Assembly: GCA_963714085.1 (NCBI GenBank)
Contig: OY970229.1
Location: 256,001 to 320,000, forward strand
Length of the DNA: 64,000 nucleotides
Reading direction: 5' to 3'
DNA from: an uncultured Candidatus Micrarchaeota archaeon
Lineage (GTDB): Archaea; Micrarchaeota; Micrarchaeia; Anstonellales; Bilamarchaeaceae
Shown: piece by piece, positions 26,937-36,385 of the stretch
How positions within the stretch are numbered: the first letter of the stretch is position 1
Layout: each line of letters opens with the position of its first letter
The notes under the pieces: model-generated
What the model was told of the DNA's origin: nothing
The model's database searches: none
What the model saw: the letters and a program-made list of their open reading frames with translations, nothing else
Made by a program: the position numbers and the translations under genes

Positions 26937-28610
26937 TGCAGGGGACGAAATCTCCGGGCAGGTCTGACCTTTCCTTAGCGCTGCGATGTCAAATTTGGCA
27001 TCAAGTAAAATATAGCCCATCTGCCGGAGTTAACCGGTTGCTGCCCATATATAGCACGACCTAACAGGAGCTGGCAAAATTAATTCAAAATATTGCTAGG
27101 CAATGATAACTGAGGATTTGAGCATTGATCCTCTCTTATCGTTAATCTTCATCCTGCTAAACTGATACAGAAACCATAAAACTATAATCATTCGATTACG
27201 TTATCGTTCTATATCAGGAAAAGTAATCTACTTCGATTCTGCGAGCTGCTTGACCTGTTCAAGCACTCCTAAATCGAATACTTCTTCAAAAGGAGCATTA
27301 AAGTTGTTCACGCAGAACTTATGCAGCATTTTTCTCGCAATTTCATGTACATGCTCCGGATCGCTTTCAGTCAACATCGGCACAGGACCGAAACCGATTC
27401 CTTGTAATGCCTGGAGTATAAGCGCCTCGGATCCACCGTGTTCGGTGACCTTATTCAGAACACCTGCTGATTCACCTTGAACAGCAACATACATCATTAA
27501 TGCCAACTGATGAAAAGGTCGTTTACCATATGAGAGCTCTGCGCTAAGCGGAAACACTTCCTCACTTATCGCTAGCCTGGACTTCAGCTTAGCATGGATC
27601 AGTTCGTGGAAGATTAGGTCGTAGAGCATATCATGGATCGCTTTTTCTCTGTCATCTTCGGTCTTAAACTTGTTGTTCGCACGTGCATCACGGACGTACA
27701 ACGCAATCGCAAGCAGCATCTTGAGGGCATTCTGCTCTGGAACACCCCCATCCAAAGAGATCCGCCTAGCGAGTGAGAAGTATTCATCGGCAGAAGGCTC
27801 GGCGGGAGTAATGAATGCCTGAATGTCATTAGCATGTTGGTCTAATACGACCTGTGGAATTTGAAATGATTTAGAAAGCATCCCGGTTTTCAGATGTTCT
27901 CTGCCCATTTCATATTGTGCAAATTCACGCAGTTTGTCCTCATAAATCAGAATAACCTTCGCTTCATTGAAAGTTCGCCCTAGGATGCCATCCTTAACCT
28001 CTCCTTCTGTCCTTGACAGGACATAGACGTGAGTATCGCCTACAAGGGAATTCTTTCGTACCGTTCCCACAACTACATCTTCGTCTGGAAAGCTTATCAG
28101 AAGGATTTGATCCTTATCTCGGATAAAATGTTCTCCTTCAGGCCTGGAAGCTAACTTCCCGGCAAGTGATTTTACCGCAGGGTTGAGGGCAAACGAAAGC
28201 TGACGTTCCCAATTATCCAAGGAGGTTTCACTAATACTCAGCTTTTCTTTCCGAAGCCAATCGCTAAATTCTTTCATAGACTCCTCTGAAGTACCCATGC
28301 GCTTTGATCCAAAAACACTACGGCAGTTTGCGGCAGCGATTGCGTAAGGCATCGCAACCAGAGGGATTAGGACCTGACGTCTTGAATAAGTTTGCATATG
28401 TATATAATAATGGCTAAACTTTATAAAACGAATTTATCTTTGCCCTCGACCCTCGCTTTAAAAGCTCTGCTCTCCAGACCGTCTTTCGGTCGGACGGACC
28501 CATTGGCCTGAACTCAGGCCAGATCTGAAAGCGCTAGGGCAGGATTTGAGACCAGCTCTGAGGACACCACCAGGGTAAGACCTCAGAGCAGATCAGAATG
28601 CAGGGGACGA
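26937..28610. mobile_element. Non-autonomous mini-element in tandem with the large element
   Basis: Bounded by TGCAGGGGACGA (tRNA-Leu 3' end) at 26937 and 28599. The left ~95 bp resemble 28599-28700 and the right ~150 bp resemble 48446-48594. One cargo gene, no integrase. Confidence 0.75.
27228..28397 (-). CDS. Putative exported HExxH metallopeptidase-like protein
   Basis: N-terminal SRRQVL (twin-Arg-like), hydrophobic stretch and Cys; FHELIH...SEE; lower GC. Confidence 0.6.
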   Translation of the reverse strand: MQTYSRRQVLIPLVAMPYAIAAANCRSVFGSKRMGTSEESMKEFSDWLRKEKLSISETSLDNWERQLSFALNPAVKSLAGKLASRPEGEHFIRDKDQILLISFPDEDVVVGTVRKNSLVGDTHVYVLSRTEGEVKDGILGRTFNEAKVILIYEDKLREFAQYEMGREHLKTGMLSKSFQIPQVVLDQHANDIQAFITPAEPSADEYFSLARRISLDGGVPEQNALKMLLAIALYVRDARANNKFKTEDDREKAIHDMLYDLIFHELIHAKLKSRLAISEEVFPLSAELSYGKRPFHQLALMMYVAVQGESAGVLNKVTEHGGSEALILQALQGIGFGPVPMLTESDPEHVHEIARKMLHKFCVNNFNAPFEEVFDLGVLEQVKQLAESK

Positions 28611-28611
28611 G
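28519..28611 (+). repeat. 93-bp direct repeat (att arm plus core), copy 1
   Basis: Identical to 48502-48594 except 28530 A vs 48513 C. Confidence 0.95.
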
Positions 28612-28706
28612 TTCCCCGAGCAGGTCTGAGGTCTGAACCGTCTTTAGCGCTCTGATGTCAAATTTGGCATCAGTCATAAAATAGTCCGTCGGCCGGAAGT
28701 GATGGC

Positions 28707-29906
28707 ATGGCGGATATAGATTTGTATAACTACCCGAGAAGGCTGAAAAGTGCGATTGATAAGGCGGATAAAGACGCGAAGGTCTGCCCGGACAACAAGC
28801 GGGACATCGTCTCTTTTTCCAAGATCCGGCTCGCGAAGGGTTCGAGCCACGGGCGGGTCGCCAAGGTAGTCTATTGCATGACGAAGTGGGCGAGATGGCT
28901 GGGAAAACCGTTCAGGGAAGCGACCAAAGACGAGCTTATCATGGCCGTGGGCAGCCTGGAAGACGAGGAGCTGTCCGAGTACACGAAATATGATCTGAAA
29001 ATCGTCCTGAAGATGTTCTACAAGTGGCTGGAAGGCAACGACGAGGTGATGCCCGCCAAGATAATCTGGCTCAAGCCGAAGATAAAGAACGAGAGCCACA
29101 AACTGCCGGAGGAACTGCTTAATGAAGAGGAGATTTTGAAGATAGCCGAGGCTACCGAGAACGTCAGGGATAAGGCGTTCGTGCTTATCCTGTATGAATC
29201 CGGCTGCAGAATAGGGGAATTGCTTACTTTGAGGATGAAAAACATCCAATTTGACCAGTACGGGGCCATCCTAAGGGTAAATGGAAAGACGGGGGACAGA
29301 CGGGTAAGGGTTATTAGCTCGGCCCCAGCCTTGGCTTCGTGGATCGGGCTTCACCCTATGGGAAAAGAGCCTGACGCCATGTTATGGCATTCGACCTGGA
29401 GAAACATCAATAGAGGCCAGAGGAACCTGTGCCATGGAACGGTTTACACCTTGCTTAAGCAGTATGCAGCCAAAGCAGGGATAAAGAAACGGATTTATCC
29501 GCACTTATTCAGGCATTCCAGGGCTACTTCTTTGGCTTGTAAATTGACCGAGGCACAGATGAAAGAGCATTTTGGGTGGGTGCAGGGCTCGGATATGGCA
29601 GCCACATATGTTCATCTTTCCGGGCGGGATGTTGACAATGCTCTTCTGAAATTGCAGGGACTGGTTCAAACTCAAGAGACAAAATCCGAGAAACTCAGTG
29701 TACGAGTATGTCCACGGTGCAAGGATCACAATTCGCCGGTCTCGAAATATTGTACTAAGTGCGGCCTTCCACTGGACGAGAACATGATAGCGAAAATCGA
29801 GGAGATGAAAGGGAAGAGTAATAACCTGATGAACCGGCTGATGGATGACGACGAATTCAAGAATTTCATGGTAAAGAGGATATCAGACCTTGGGCTTAGC
29901 CTTTGA
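28707..29906 (+). CDS. Tyrosine recombinase/integrase with C-terminal Zn ribbon
   Basis: YESGCRIGE (R), NGKTG (K), HLFRHS (HxxR), FGW, TYVH (Y); CPRC...CTKCG. Confidence 0.95.
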   Translation: MADIDLYNYPRRLKSAIDKADKDAKVCPDNKRDIVSFSKIRLAKGSSHGRVAKVVYCMTKWARWLGKPFREATKDELIMAVGSLEDEELSEYTKYDLKIVLKMFYKWLEGNDEVMPAKIIWLKPKIKNESHKLPEELLNEEEILKIAEATENVRDKAFVLILYESGCRIGELLTLRMKNIQFDQYGAILRVNGKTGDRRVRVISSAPALASWIGLHPMGKEPDAMLWHSTWRNINRGQRNLCHGTVYTLLKQYAAKAGIKKRIYPHLFRHSRATSLACKLTEAQMKEHFGWVQGSDMAATYVHLSGRDVDNALLKLQGLVQTQETKSEKLSVRVCPRCKDHNSPVSKYCTKCGLPLDENMIAKIEEMKGKSNNLMNRLMDDDEFKNFMVKRISDLGLSL

Positions 29907-30293
29907 TTTGCTTTCCTCTATGAGTTTATTGAGTTTAACCGCCCAAGCCGGGAGCTGCTTTTCGAGCTCTTTTTGTTCGGAGTCTGACATGATTGAAATC
30001 AGATTGAAGGACTACTTATTGGTTGATGGAAAATTTGATGCTGGGATGTTAAAGGTTCGAATCGTCCGAAAATGGCATATGCTCGGAAATCTGATTTCGG
30101 GTCAGTGCGCCTTACAAGGGAAGGTAACAACCTTTTTCGACCTTCGACACAGGTCGACTAGCGCCTAATGGCGTTAGAGCGTCATGGGCTAATCTTCAAA
30201 TAGGCTGCAGTCTAATATGATAATAGCGAGGAAAGGAACTGGAATCGAACAGCCCAGGAAAAGATAAAAGAATATTGGAAAGCGGACGAAATA

Positions 30294-31130
30294 GTGATTT
30301 ATATGGACCGCATCGATCAAGCATTAGCGAATCAAATACTAGACATGGGAAAGTTAATTCACATGTGGGGAGTTGAGGATGCGAGTTCATCTTTAAACTC
30401 AGCAAAAAGAGATTATTCAGCTAATGATTATAACCACGCAGTCGATTCGATGACTGATTGTAGCGAACGAATAGCCAAAGGCACCATTTTGTTACACCTA
30501 ATAGCTCTAGACCCCAAAAAGTTCAGATTCAATTTGAGACGTAAGAAAGAACTTCTTGATAACTACTCCCATTACCGTTCTCTTATTGAAAAAGGTATCG
30601 GGCACGATACGCCGAAGATTTTTCATGAAATATTGAGCTATTATTCGGAATCTACTGGGACTGTCGATTACCAGGCCTTTCAAGCATTCGAGAAAAATTT
30701 AGGTTGCGATGAAGATGGTATACTGAAAAACTTGGATAAGATTAAATATGACGAAGTCCATGCAGCTGTTACCGCGGCTCTTAACCAAATAAAAACATCA
30801 ACAGAATCCTCAGTTGGTTCAACTGCCGATGCGATGCTCGCAAATTCCGGAATGTTTAATCCGGTTGCAGCATCACTAGGCATCGAGAAAAAAACTGCGT
30901 TAGATACATATGAGAAGCATCACCTACTGGATCTTGATTCCGACGTATTAATACATACGAAAATATTTTCCTACTGGTATAGGAACTCAATCAGATACCG
31001 AGACAATCCCAAAAGAATAGATTTTAACAAAGAAGAATATCGTTGGTTTGTCGATGTGATTCCCGAGAACTTCGCGCTATTTGAAAAGGACATTGCCATA
31101 CTGCGTGGAATCTCTCGTAAAAAGGATTGA
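30294..31130 (+). CDS. Putative HEPN-domain protein, possibly 5'-truncated
   Basis: SAKRDYSANDYNHAV...CSERIAKG and SIRYRD resemble the HEPN helical pattern; frame is open without a start back to 30216. Confidence 0.5.
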   Translation: MIYMDRIDQALANQILDMGKLIHMWGVEDASSSLNSAKRDYSANDYNHAVDSMTDCSERIAKGTILLHLIALDPKKFRFNLRRKKELLDNYSHYRSLIEKGIGHDTPKIFHEILSYYSESTGTVDYQAFQAFEKNLGCDEDGILKNLDKIKYDEVHAAVTAALNQIKTSTESSVGSTADAMLANSGMFNPVAASLGIEKKTALDTYEKHHLLDLDSDVLIHTKIFSYWYRNSIRYRDNPKRIDFNKEEYRWFVDVIPENFALFEKDIAILRGISRKKD

Positions 31131-31134
31131 GAAA

Positions 31135-31875
31135 ATGAATGATGAAACTACCAAGAAACTTCAAGAGATTCGGAACCGGTTCGACAAACTAGAAGAAGCT
31201 GTTAAAATTAAAGACGTCGCTATCAGAAAGATAGTTGATGAAGTTGGCTTAGCTAATGTAAAACCGCGTAGCCTTGCTCACTATCTTCTTCTATGGGGGT
31301 TATTCTCAAAATCCAATGTTATTGATAAAGAGTTGCGGCGTGAGCTTGAAGAAAGTAATCCTTGGCCTTTTTTTATTCTACTCAGGCATCAACTTGAGAT
31401 GTCTGCTACGGTAAATTGGGTACTAAAAAATGAAGATGTTGAAAAAATTGCATTTGGAACAAAACCTTACGATAAAGAAGACAAACGACTTGGAATGCCC
31501 ATAGGGTATCTTTCTAGGCCAGATATCGTGTGGCTTAACATTCCACATATAATGGACTTAATCCGGGAAATGGATAAAGAAATTAGGAAAAAAAGATCTC
31601 CCAATGATATTGAAAAGGATGGTTTTACATCAATTGAAGCAATTTATGGATTATTATCAGATTTATGCCACCCAAACGCCTTCGGACTTCATCTTTTTTT
31701 TAATTCAGCAGCGCGCACACCAAGAAAATTTACTACACACCCAAAATTTGAAGGTGAGCAACTAGATTATTGCACAAAATTTTATATTGAAATCTCAGAA
31801 TTCCTTATAACAGCGTTAGAGCTATACGTTTCTCATATTGAGGAAAAAATTGAAGAACTAGCAAAAAGAGTCTGA
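31135..31875 (+). CDS. Hypothetical helical protein (HEPN-like/DUF5677-like)
   Basis: ILLRHQLE...IYGLLSDLCHPN pattern; AT-rich. Confidence 0.55.
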   Translation: MNDETTKKLQEIRNRFDKLEEAVKIKDVAIRKIVDEVGLANVKPRSLAHYLLLWGLFSKSNVIDKELRRELEESNPWPFFILLRHQLEMSATVNWVLKNEDVEKIAFGTKPYDKEDKRLGMPIGYLSRPDIVWLNIPHIMDLIREMDKEIRKKRSPNDIEKDGFTSIEAIYGLLSDLCHPNAFGLHLFFNSAARTPRKFTTHPKFEGEQLDYCTKFYIEISEFLITALELYVSHIEEKIEELAKRV

Positions 31876-32237
31876 TAAGCATGGTAGGGTACGAGAATCA
31901 TAAGTGGAAGTCGAATCCCTTCGTGATCGACCCGGTGCCGGACAGACACCTCCATAATCGAGGACATCCGCTCTAAGGTGGAGCTTCTTTAGTAATTTGA
32001 TAGAAAATCTGATATTCTAATCTCAAAGGTTCAAATCTCTGGCAGCACATACTTTGCTGCCTGTTGCGCCCTAACCACTACCCTAATTAACTTTGACGCT
32101 CTCTTTTGCATGGGATTGCCTTTTGGGGGGAGTCTGAACCCTAGTAAGCTCAGACGATGATACCCATTGGCATAACTAGCAATTAAGCATTTCTACAGAG
32201 CCATAAAACTTATAATCCTTAGACAAGTAAGGAAATC

Positions 32238-32744
32238 ATGAAGAATACGCTATGCCTCATCCTATGTTTGACGTTGTTGGGTAGTGGTTGCGTATCCAAA
32301 GAGGGCCCCATAACCCAGCCCACAACAGGTTCGAATGAAGTGAATTGTAATAATATCCTCACCCCCGAACTGATAATTGTTATGCTTAACGGCTCCGCCT
32401 CTTGGGTGTATGGCCCGCAAATGCAACCTGGTTTTAAGTTCTCTTCAGAGTTCATGAATAACCCGCCAGTTTGTCACTATGGAAATGCCATGGGGCAGAA
32501 TGTGAATCACCTCTACTGCCAACCCTACGAGCATGGAACGCATATAGTATATGCGAGTGCAGAAAGAACGAATGTGAGCAGTAATGGAACAATCAGCAGC
32601 CATGAATGTTATATTATAAATGTAAATGAGCTTGCACCAGGAGACGAAACGCCTCCCGAATTTCAAGCTGAGCTTAAGATGTACCCGAATGCAATTGCGT
32701 ATCAGGCGTGGGATATAGTCAATGTAACGTGTGAACCGTGCTAA
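32238..32744 (+). CDS. Putative lipoprotein
   Basis: MKNTLCLILCLTLLGSG-C lipobox-like signal. Confidence 0.7.
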   Translation: MKNTLCLILCLTLLGSGCVSKEGPITQPTTGSNEVNCNNILTPELIIVMLNGSASWVYGPQMQPGFKFSSEFMNNPPVCHYGNAMGQNVNHLYCQPYEHGTHIVYASAERTNVSSNGTISSHECYIINVNELAPGDETPPEFQAELKMYPNAIAYQAWDIVNVTCEPC

Positions 32745-32853
32745 ACGAAATAATGCGACCAAAGCGGGCCGCAAATCTGGTTTTGAATGCCGACTGTCAG
32801 ATTAGATTAGTACTAAGAATCAGCGTAAGCTCTGCGCAATTCAAGCTCTGAAA

Positions 32854-33750
32854 TTAAATCTTGAGGTGTGCTCTCAGGGCGGGAACAATTCGGTAATAAC
32901 AGATGAAACAGACACCACCATAGATATAACCGAAGTAGTGAGTGAGTATATCAACAAAACTTCCATTAACGGCTGGATTTGGCGGGAATATTAATAGCGG
33001 CGATGCAAAGAAAAGAAGGACTAGGATTGTCAAAAAAAGATAATTGGCGGGGTTGTCTGTTTTTTCGGATTGTATCTGTTTCAAAATTTCGTGTATTTCA
33101 TTTTTATCGAAGTATATACACCCGATCATAAAAGCAAAAATGATGCATGGATACAGTATATTTTGGTAGTAAGGGAGATAAATGACTGCTAGAAGAAACG
33201 CAGGGTACAAGATAAAAATAAGAAGCACCCCGTCTTTCAATAAATCTTTCCCAATTTTTTTACTTGCAAACAGAACAAGAATGAATAGAGTAAAAGCAAA
33301 AATTCCAGCCTCGATACCGGATAATCCTTGAGAAGTTTGCTCCTTTTGGAAATACCCCGGGGAAACGATTGGTGAGAGGTAAGTGACTAAGAAAAAGGTT
33401 AATGCGAGAATAATTATGAGATATAAGTAATTCCGTTTTTCGTTTATCTTAGTCAGTACCAATAACTGGGGGATGACAAATAAGAAATATGCAATCAGGT
33501 TATTTGAGTAATGGGTAAAATTAGTATGGACAAAGTTTGACGTGAAATATTGCCACCAACTGGGGTTTTTCATTTGAAGGACTAGCAGATCATGGATGTT
33601 CGATGGAACAAACATCAAAAGCGTGGCTATGCATGGCAACGCCAGAATAATTGCTAAATCAATCGGGCTGATAAGACTGAGTGTACCTCGAAGTTCGGTA
33701 AATATGTTTGCGATTTTTTGTATGTTGATTGATAATTTGGGTATTCTCAT
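32854..33750 (-). CDS. Rhomboid-family intramembrane protease-like protein
   Basis: WWQYFTSNFVH..FTHYSNN, QGLSG (GxSG), THYFG; multiple TM helices. Confidence 0.7.
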   Translation of the reverse strand: MRIPKLSINIQKIANIFTELRGTLSLISPIDLAIILALPCIATLLMFVPSNIHDLLVLQMKNPSWWQYFTSNFVHTNFTHYSNNLIAYFLFVIPQLLVLTKINEKRNYLYLIIILALTFFLVTYLSPIVSPGYFQKEQTSQGLSGIEAGIFAFTLFILVLFASKKIGKDLLKDGVLLIFILYPAFLLAVIYLPYYQNILYPCIIFAFMIGCIYFDKNEIHEILKQIQSEKTDNPANYLFLTILVLLFFASPLLIFPPNPAVNGSFVDILTHYFGYIYGGVCFICYYRIVPALRAHLKI

Positions 33751-33818
33751 AGCGGTACCCTGTTATAAGGCATGATTGGTGATGTAAAACTTTAAATTAA
33801 TGCCTGCGATTTGAGAAT

Positions 33819-33953
33819 TCATTCAGAGTTGTACCTATCCTTCAAAAACAGATACGCTAACCCTAATATAACGCCTGCCCCGGCAACAGCAAACAAACTT
33901 ACCCCCATAACCAACGCGATTGAAAGCGCGCTGGATAAAATATCCATATTCAT
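33819..33953 (-). CDS. 44-aa single-pass membrane peptide
   Basis: Manual translation MNMDILSSALSIALVMGVSLFAVAGAGVILGLAYLFLKDRYNSE; GAGGT upstream of the ATG. Confidence 0.5.
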   Translation of the reverse strand: MNMDILSSALSIALVMGVSLFAVAGAGVILGLAYLFLKDRYNSE

Positions 33954-34036
33954 GACCTCGTTTATTTACTACTTGTTTTTTCAGTCTATTTAAATGTGTG
34001 TTAACACGTAGACATCCAAGACTGAAGAGACGGCCG

Positions 34037-34071
34037 AGACTGCGAATCTCTCGTAGAGATTCGTAGTCTGA
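34037..34071. repeat. 15-bp imperfect inverted repeat site
   Basis: AGACTGCGAATCTCT-CGT-AGAGATTCGTAGTCT(GA); degenerate copies at 34896-34961. Confidence 0.8.
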
Positions 34072-34165
34072 GCTTTGACTACATGCCCCATATTCAGATT
34101 ATTATTCCATTCAGAATATCTTTAACAGTAATATTAATATAATCGGAATATCATACGGGTATATT

Positions 34166-34897
34166 ATGGTCATGGAACGCAAGGGCTCCCGACGGCACCA
34201 AAAAACCGGATTCCTCGGATTGTTCAGGAAGAAGCTGAAGAACAAAAAACAATGGAAAGCGGATTGCGACTGGAAGGTCAGCGGAGAGAAGGACGGCATT
34301 GTTTATTACGCGGTGATAGACTTCCGTTTAAAAGAAAAAAGCGGATTGCTTTTCGATGAGAACGGGGTGGCTTACCATAAGGCCAGGTTCGAGGCGGACA
34401 CGGGCTTTGACGCGATCGATGGCGAGGATCACAGGACTTTCGATAGGGAACTTGTAGGGAATACCTGCTTGGCGAGCGGAATGATGAACCGATGCAGCCA
34501 ACTGCTGGAAGACACCTATACGGTCATGCCAAAGAAAGGCGCGAAAACCTGGAGGGAGTTTCTCGTATATTTCAACAGAAATAAGAGAAGGATTTGCGAT
34601 GAGGTGAACGAGATAGTGTCCGAGGCCGAGTACGCCGGTGATGTTTACGGTAAGAAAAAGCAGAGCAAAGACAAGATAATCAATGAGATTGCAAGGAAAA
34701 CCTTTGAACCGATAGAACCCTCAACGCTGGACCGATTTGATGTCTTCAAGGCGTGGTATACCGAAAAACTGAGGGGTCTGGATTATGCGAATATGGCCAA
34801 CAGAGTGGAATGGAAAGAAGAAGGGAAGATACGGGCGCTGGTAGTACGGGAATTAGAGGAACATGGATTTGTGAGAACAAAAGAAGAAAAACGATGA
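34166..34897 (+). CDS. Hypothetical protein flanked by palindromic sites
   Basis: 243-aa ORF, basic N-terminus, higher GC than neighbouring cargo. Confidence 0.7.
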   Translation: MVMERKGSRRHQKTGFLGLFRKKLKNKKQWKADCDWKVSGEKDGIVYYAVIDFRLKEKSGLLFDENGVAYHKARFEADTGFDAIDGEDHRTFDRELVGNTCLASGMMNRCSQLLEDTYTVMPKKGAKTWREFLVYFNRNKRRICDEVNEIVSEAEYAGDVYGKKKQSKDKIINEIARKTFEPIEPSTLDRFDVFKAWYTEKLRGLDYANMANRVEWKEEGKIRALVVRELEEHGFVRTKEEKR

Positions 34898-34961
34898 ATC
34901 GGGATTTCTTGCCGAGATTCGCAATCTGATTGCGAAACTTTATCAGAGATTCACAGTCTGA
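34896..34961. repeat. Two tandem degenerate copies of the 34037 palindromic site
   Basis: ...CGAGATTCGCAATCTGA and GATTGCGAAACTTT-ATC-AGAGATTCACAGTCTGA, with a 32-bp period. Confidence 0.7.
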
Positions 34962-34976
34962 TTATGGATCCCTAGA

Positions 34977-35801
34977 TTAATTTTCAAAGACTTCGAACTC
35001 TTGCATATACCACCAATGAGTTCCATCTGTTTGATCTGCGGTAATTCGCAGGTATCTGGCATCAACTGAAGTGAAATTGTATTGAATTGGAACTTGTGGG
35101 GGACTCGAAGTTTCAGTTACTAACCTAGTCCAGTTATTACCGTCAAATGAATAATCAATATGCCACTTGACCGGGAAGTCAGACCATGAAGCGCCAGGAT
35201 TTGCGTATATCACAATTCTTCCAACGTTTGTTTGCGAACCGAGATCAACCTCCCACCAATTACCTGCATAATTAGCAGTGTTGGTTGCAAAACGATGCGC
35301 ATCCGTGTAAGTTGTAATATCGCCGTCTAGTGCCCCTTCCGCAGTTTGACTGTTTATGCTAGCTGTTGCGGTCTTACCTAACGCAAGATTAGTTCCTTGT
35401 GTTGTTATATCTGTACTTCGATTATACGAAATGCCTTGCTCTGTTTGAGACGTGGATATATTTGTTTCGTTATTCTGTTCTGAATTAATATTCGAAGAGC
35501 TACTAGCTTGTGTTTGGGCTGTTGGACAATCTCCACATTTGCTACATCTATATGATTGAATCCTCTTTTGTAAGGCTGGACTACCCCCACCGTATTCAAG
35601 TAAATCACAAACTTCTTGGCAATGGTCCTGATTTAGACCCGAGTCAGTCCGATTAACCATGCATAGAGCAACACAATAACTATTATCACTGTCGAGTATC
35701 CCTCTTCCAGGGCAATTTAAGCCAGTTTTCGAAGAGCTACCAGTGCATCCAAAAACTAAAAACAAACTTACCAAAATAAAAATAATGCAGATTTTATTCA
35801 T
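34977..35801 (-). CDS. Lipoprotein with C-terminal discoidin (F5/8 type C) domain
   Basis: LVFG-C signal; NLALGKTATAS..ALDGD..WWEVDLG..ARYLRI..EFEVF. Confidence 0.85.
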   Translation of the reverse strand: MNKICIIFILVSLFLVFGCTGSSSKTGLNCPGRGILDSDNSYCVALCMVNRTDSGLNQDHCQEVCDLLEYGGGSPALQKRIQSYRCSKCGDCPTAQTQASSSSNINSEQNNETNISTSQTEQGISYNRSTDITTQGTNLALGKTATASINSQTAEGALDGDITTYTDAHRFATNTANYAGNWWEVDLGSQTNVGRIVIYANPGASWSDFPVKWHIDYSFDGNNWTRLVTETSSPPQVPIQYNFTSVDARYLRITADQTDGTHWWYMQEFEVFEN

Positions 35802-36012
35802 ACGTTCTCCCTCAATAAATGATAATGCTCGGTTGTTTAAATATTTGCGTAGTCGACCTGTAGTAAGAGCTAACTCTGATTTTACGAATTTGACGCTTAA
35901 TTCCCTTGTATTTCCCTATAATTTCCCTAATCCCACGTCTGAGAGCTTTTTAACATGGAAATATCCACTGTCTCATTCAAGAATTTTATAACACCTAAAA
36001 TCCAACTATATC

Positions 36013-36216
36013 ATGGCTGACCCGTCTGTGATCGTGGATAAACTGCTCAATTACCTTTCAAAAGAACCGGCCTCAACCCACCAGATCGTATGCGCTACGA
36101 AGCTGCACAACCAAACCGTTAAGAAATACCTCCGGATAATCGAGGATGTCCAGAATTCGCCGAAGTTGAAGAAAGAAGTGCGCGGAATACGGGTATTTTT
36201 CAGAAAAGACGTTTAA
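36013..36216 (+). CDS. Small winged-HTH protein
   Basis: STHQIVCATKLHNQTVKKYL helix-turn-helix plus beta wing. Confidence 0.7.
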   Translation: MADPSVIVDKLLNYLSKEPASTHQIVCATKLHNQTVKKYLRIIEDVQNSPKLKKEVRGIRVFFRKDV

Positions 36217-36385
36217 GTCATTTTTGGTGAAAAATAACATATTTTCAGGTAAAATATGTGAAAACACACATAGATTTTGCTCCCATTATATCGCTATAGC
36301 ACTTCAAAACGTAGTTTTCAAGAAACATTTATAAACATTTTCATACACAATAGATATTAGGGTAAAATGATCGAAAGGTCATGGG

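Noticed and set aside
32028..32039. GGTTCAAATCTC, an inverted 12-bp match to the tRNA fragment at 48362-48373 (also GGTTCGAATC at ~30054)
   Set aside because: Too short and lacks an acceptor-stem continuation; chance cannot be excluded.
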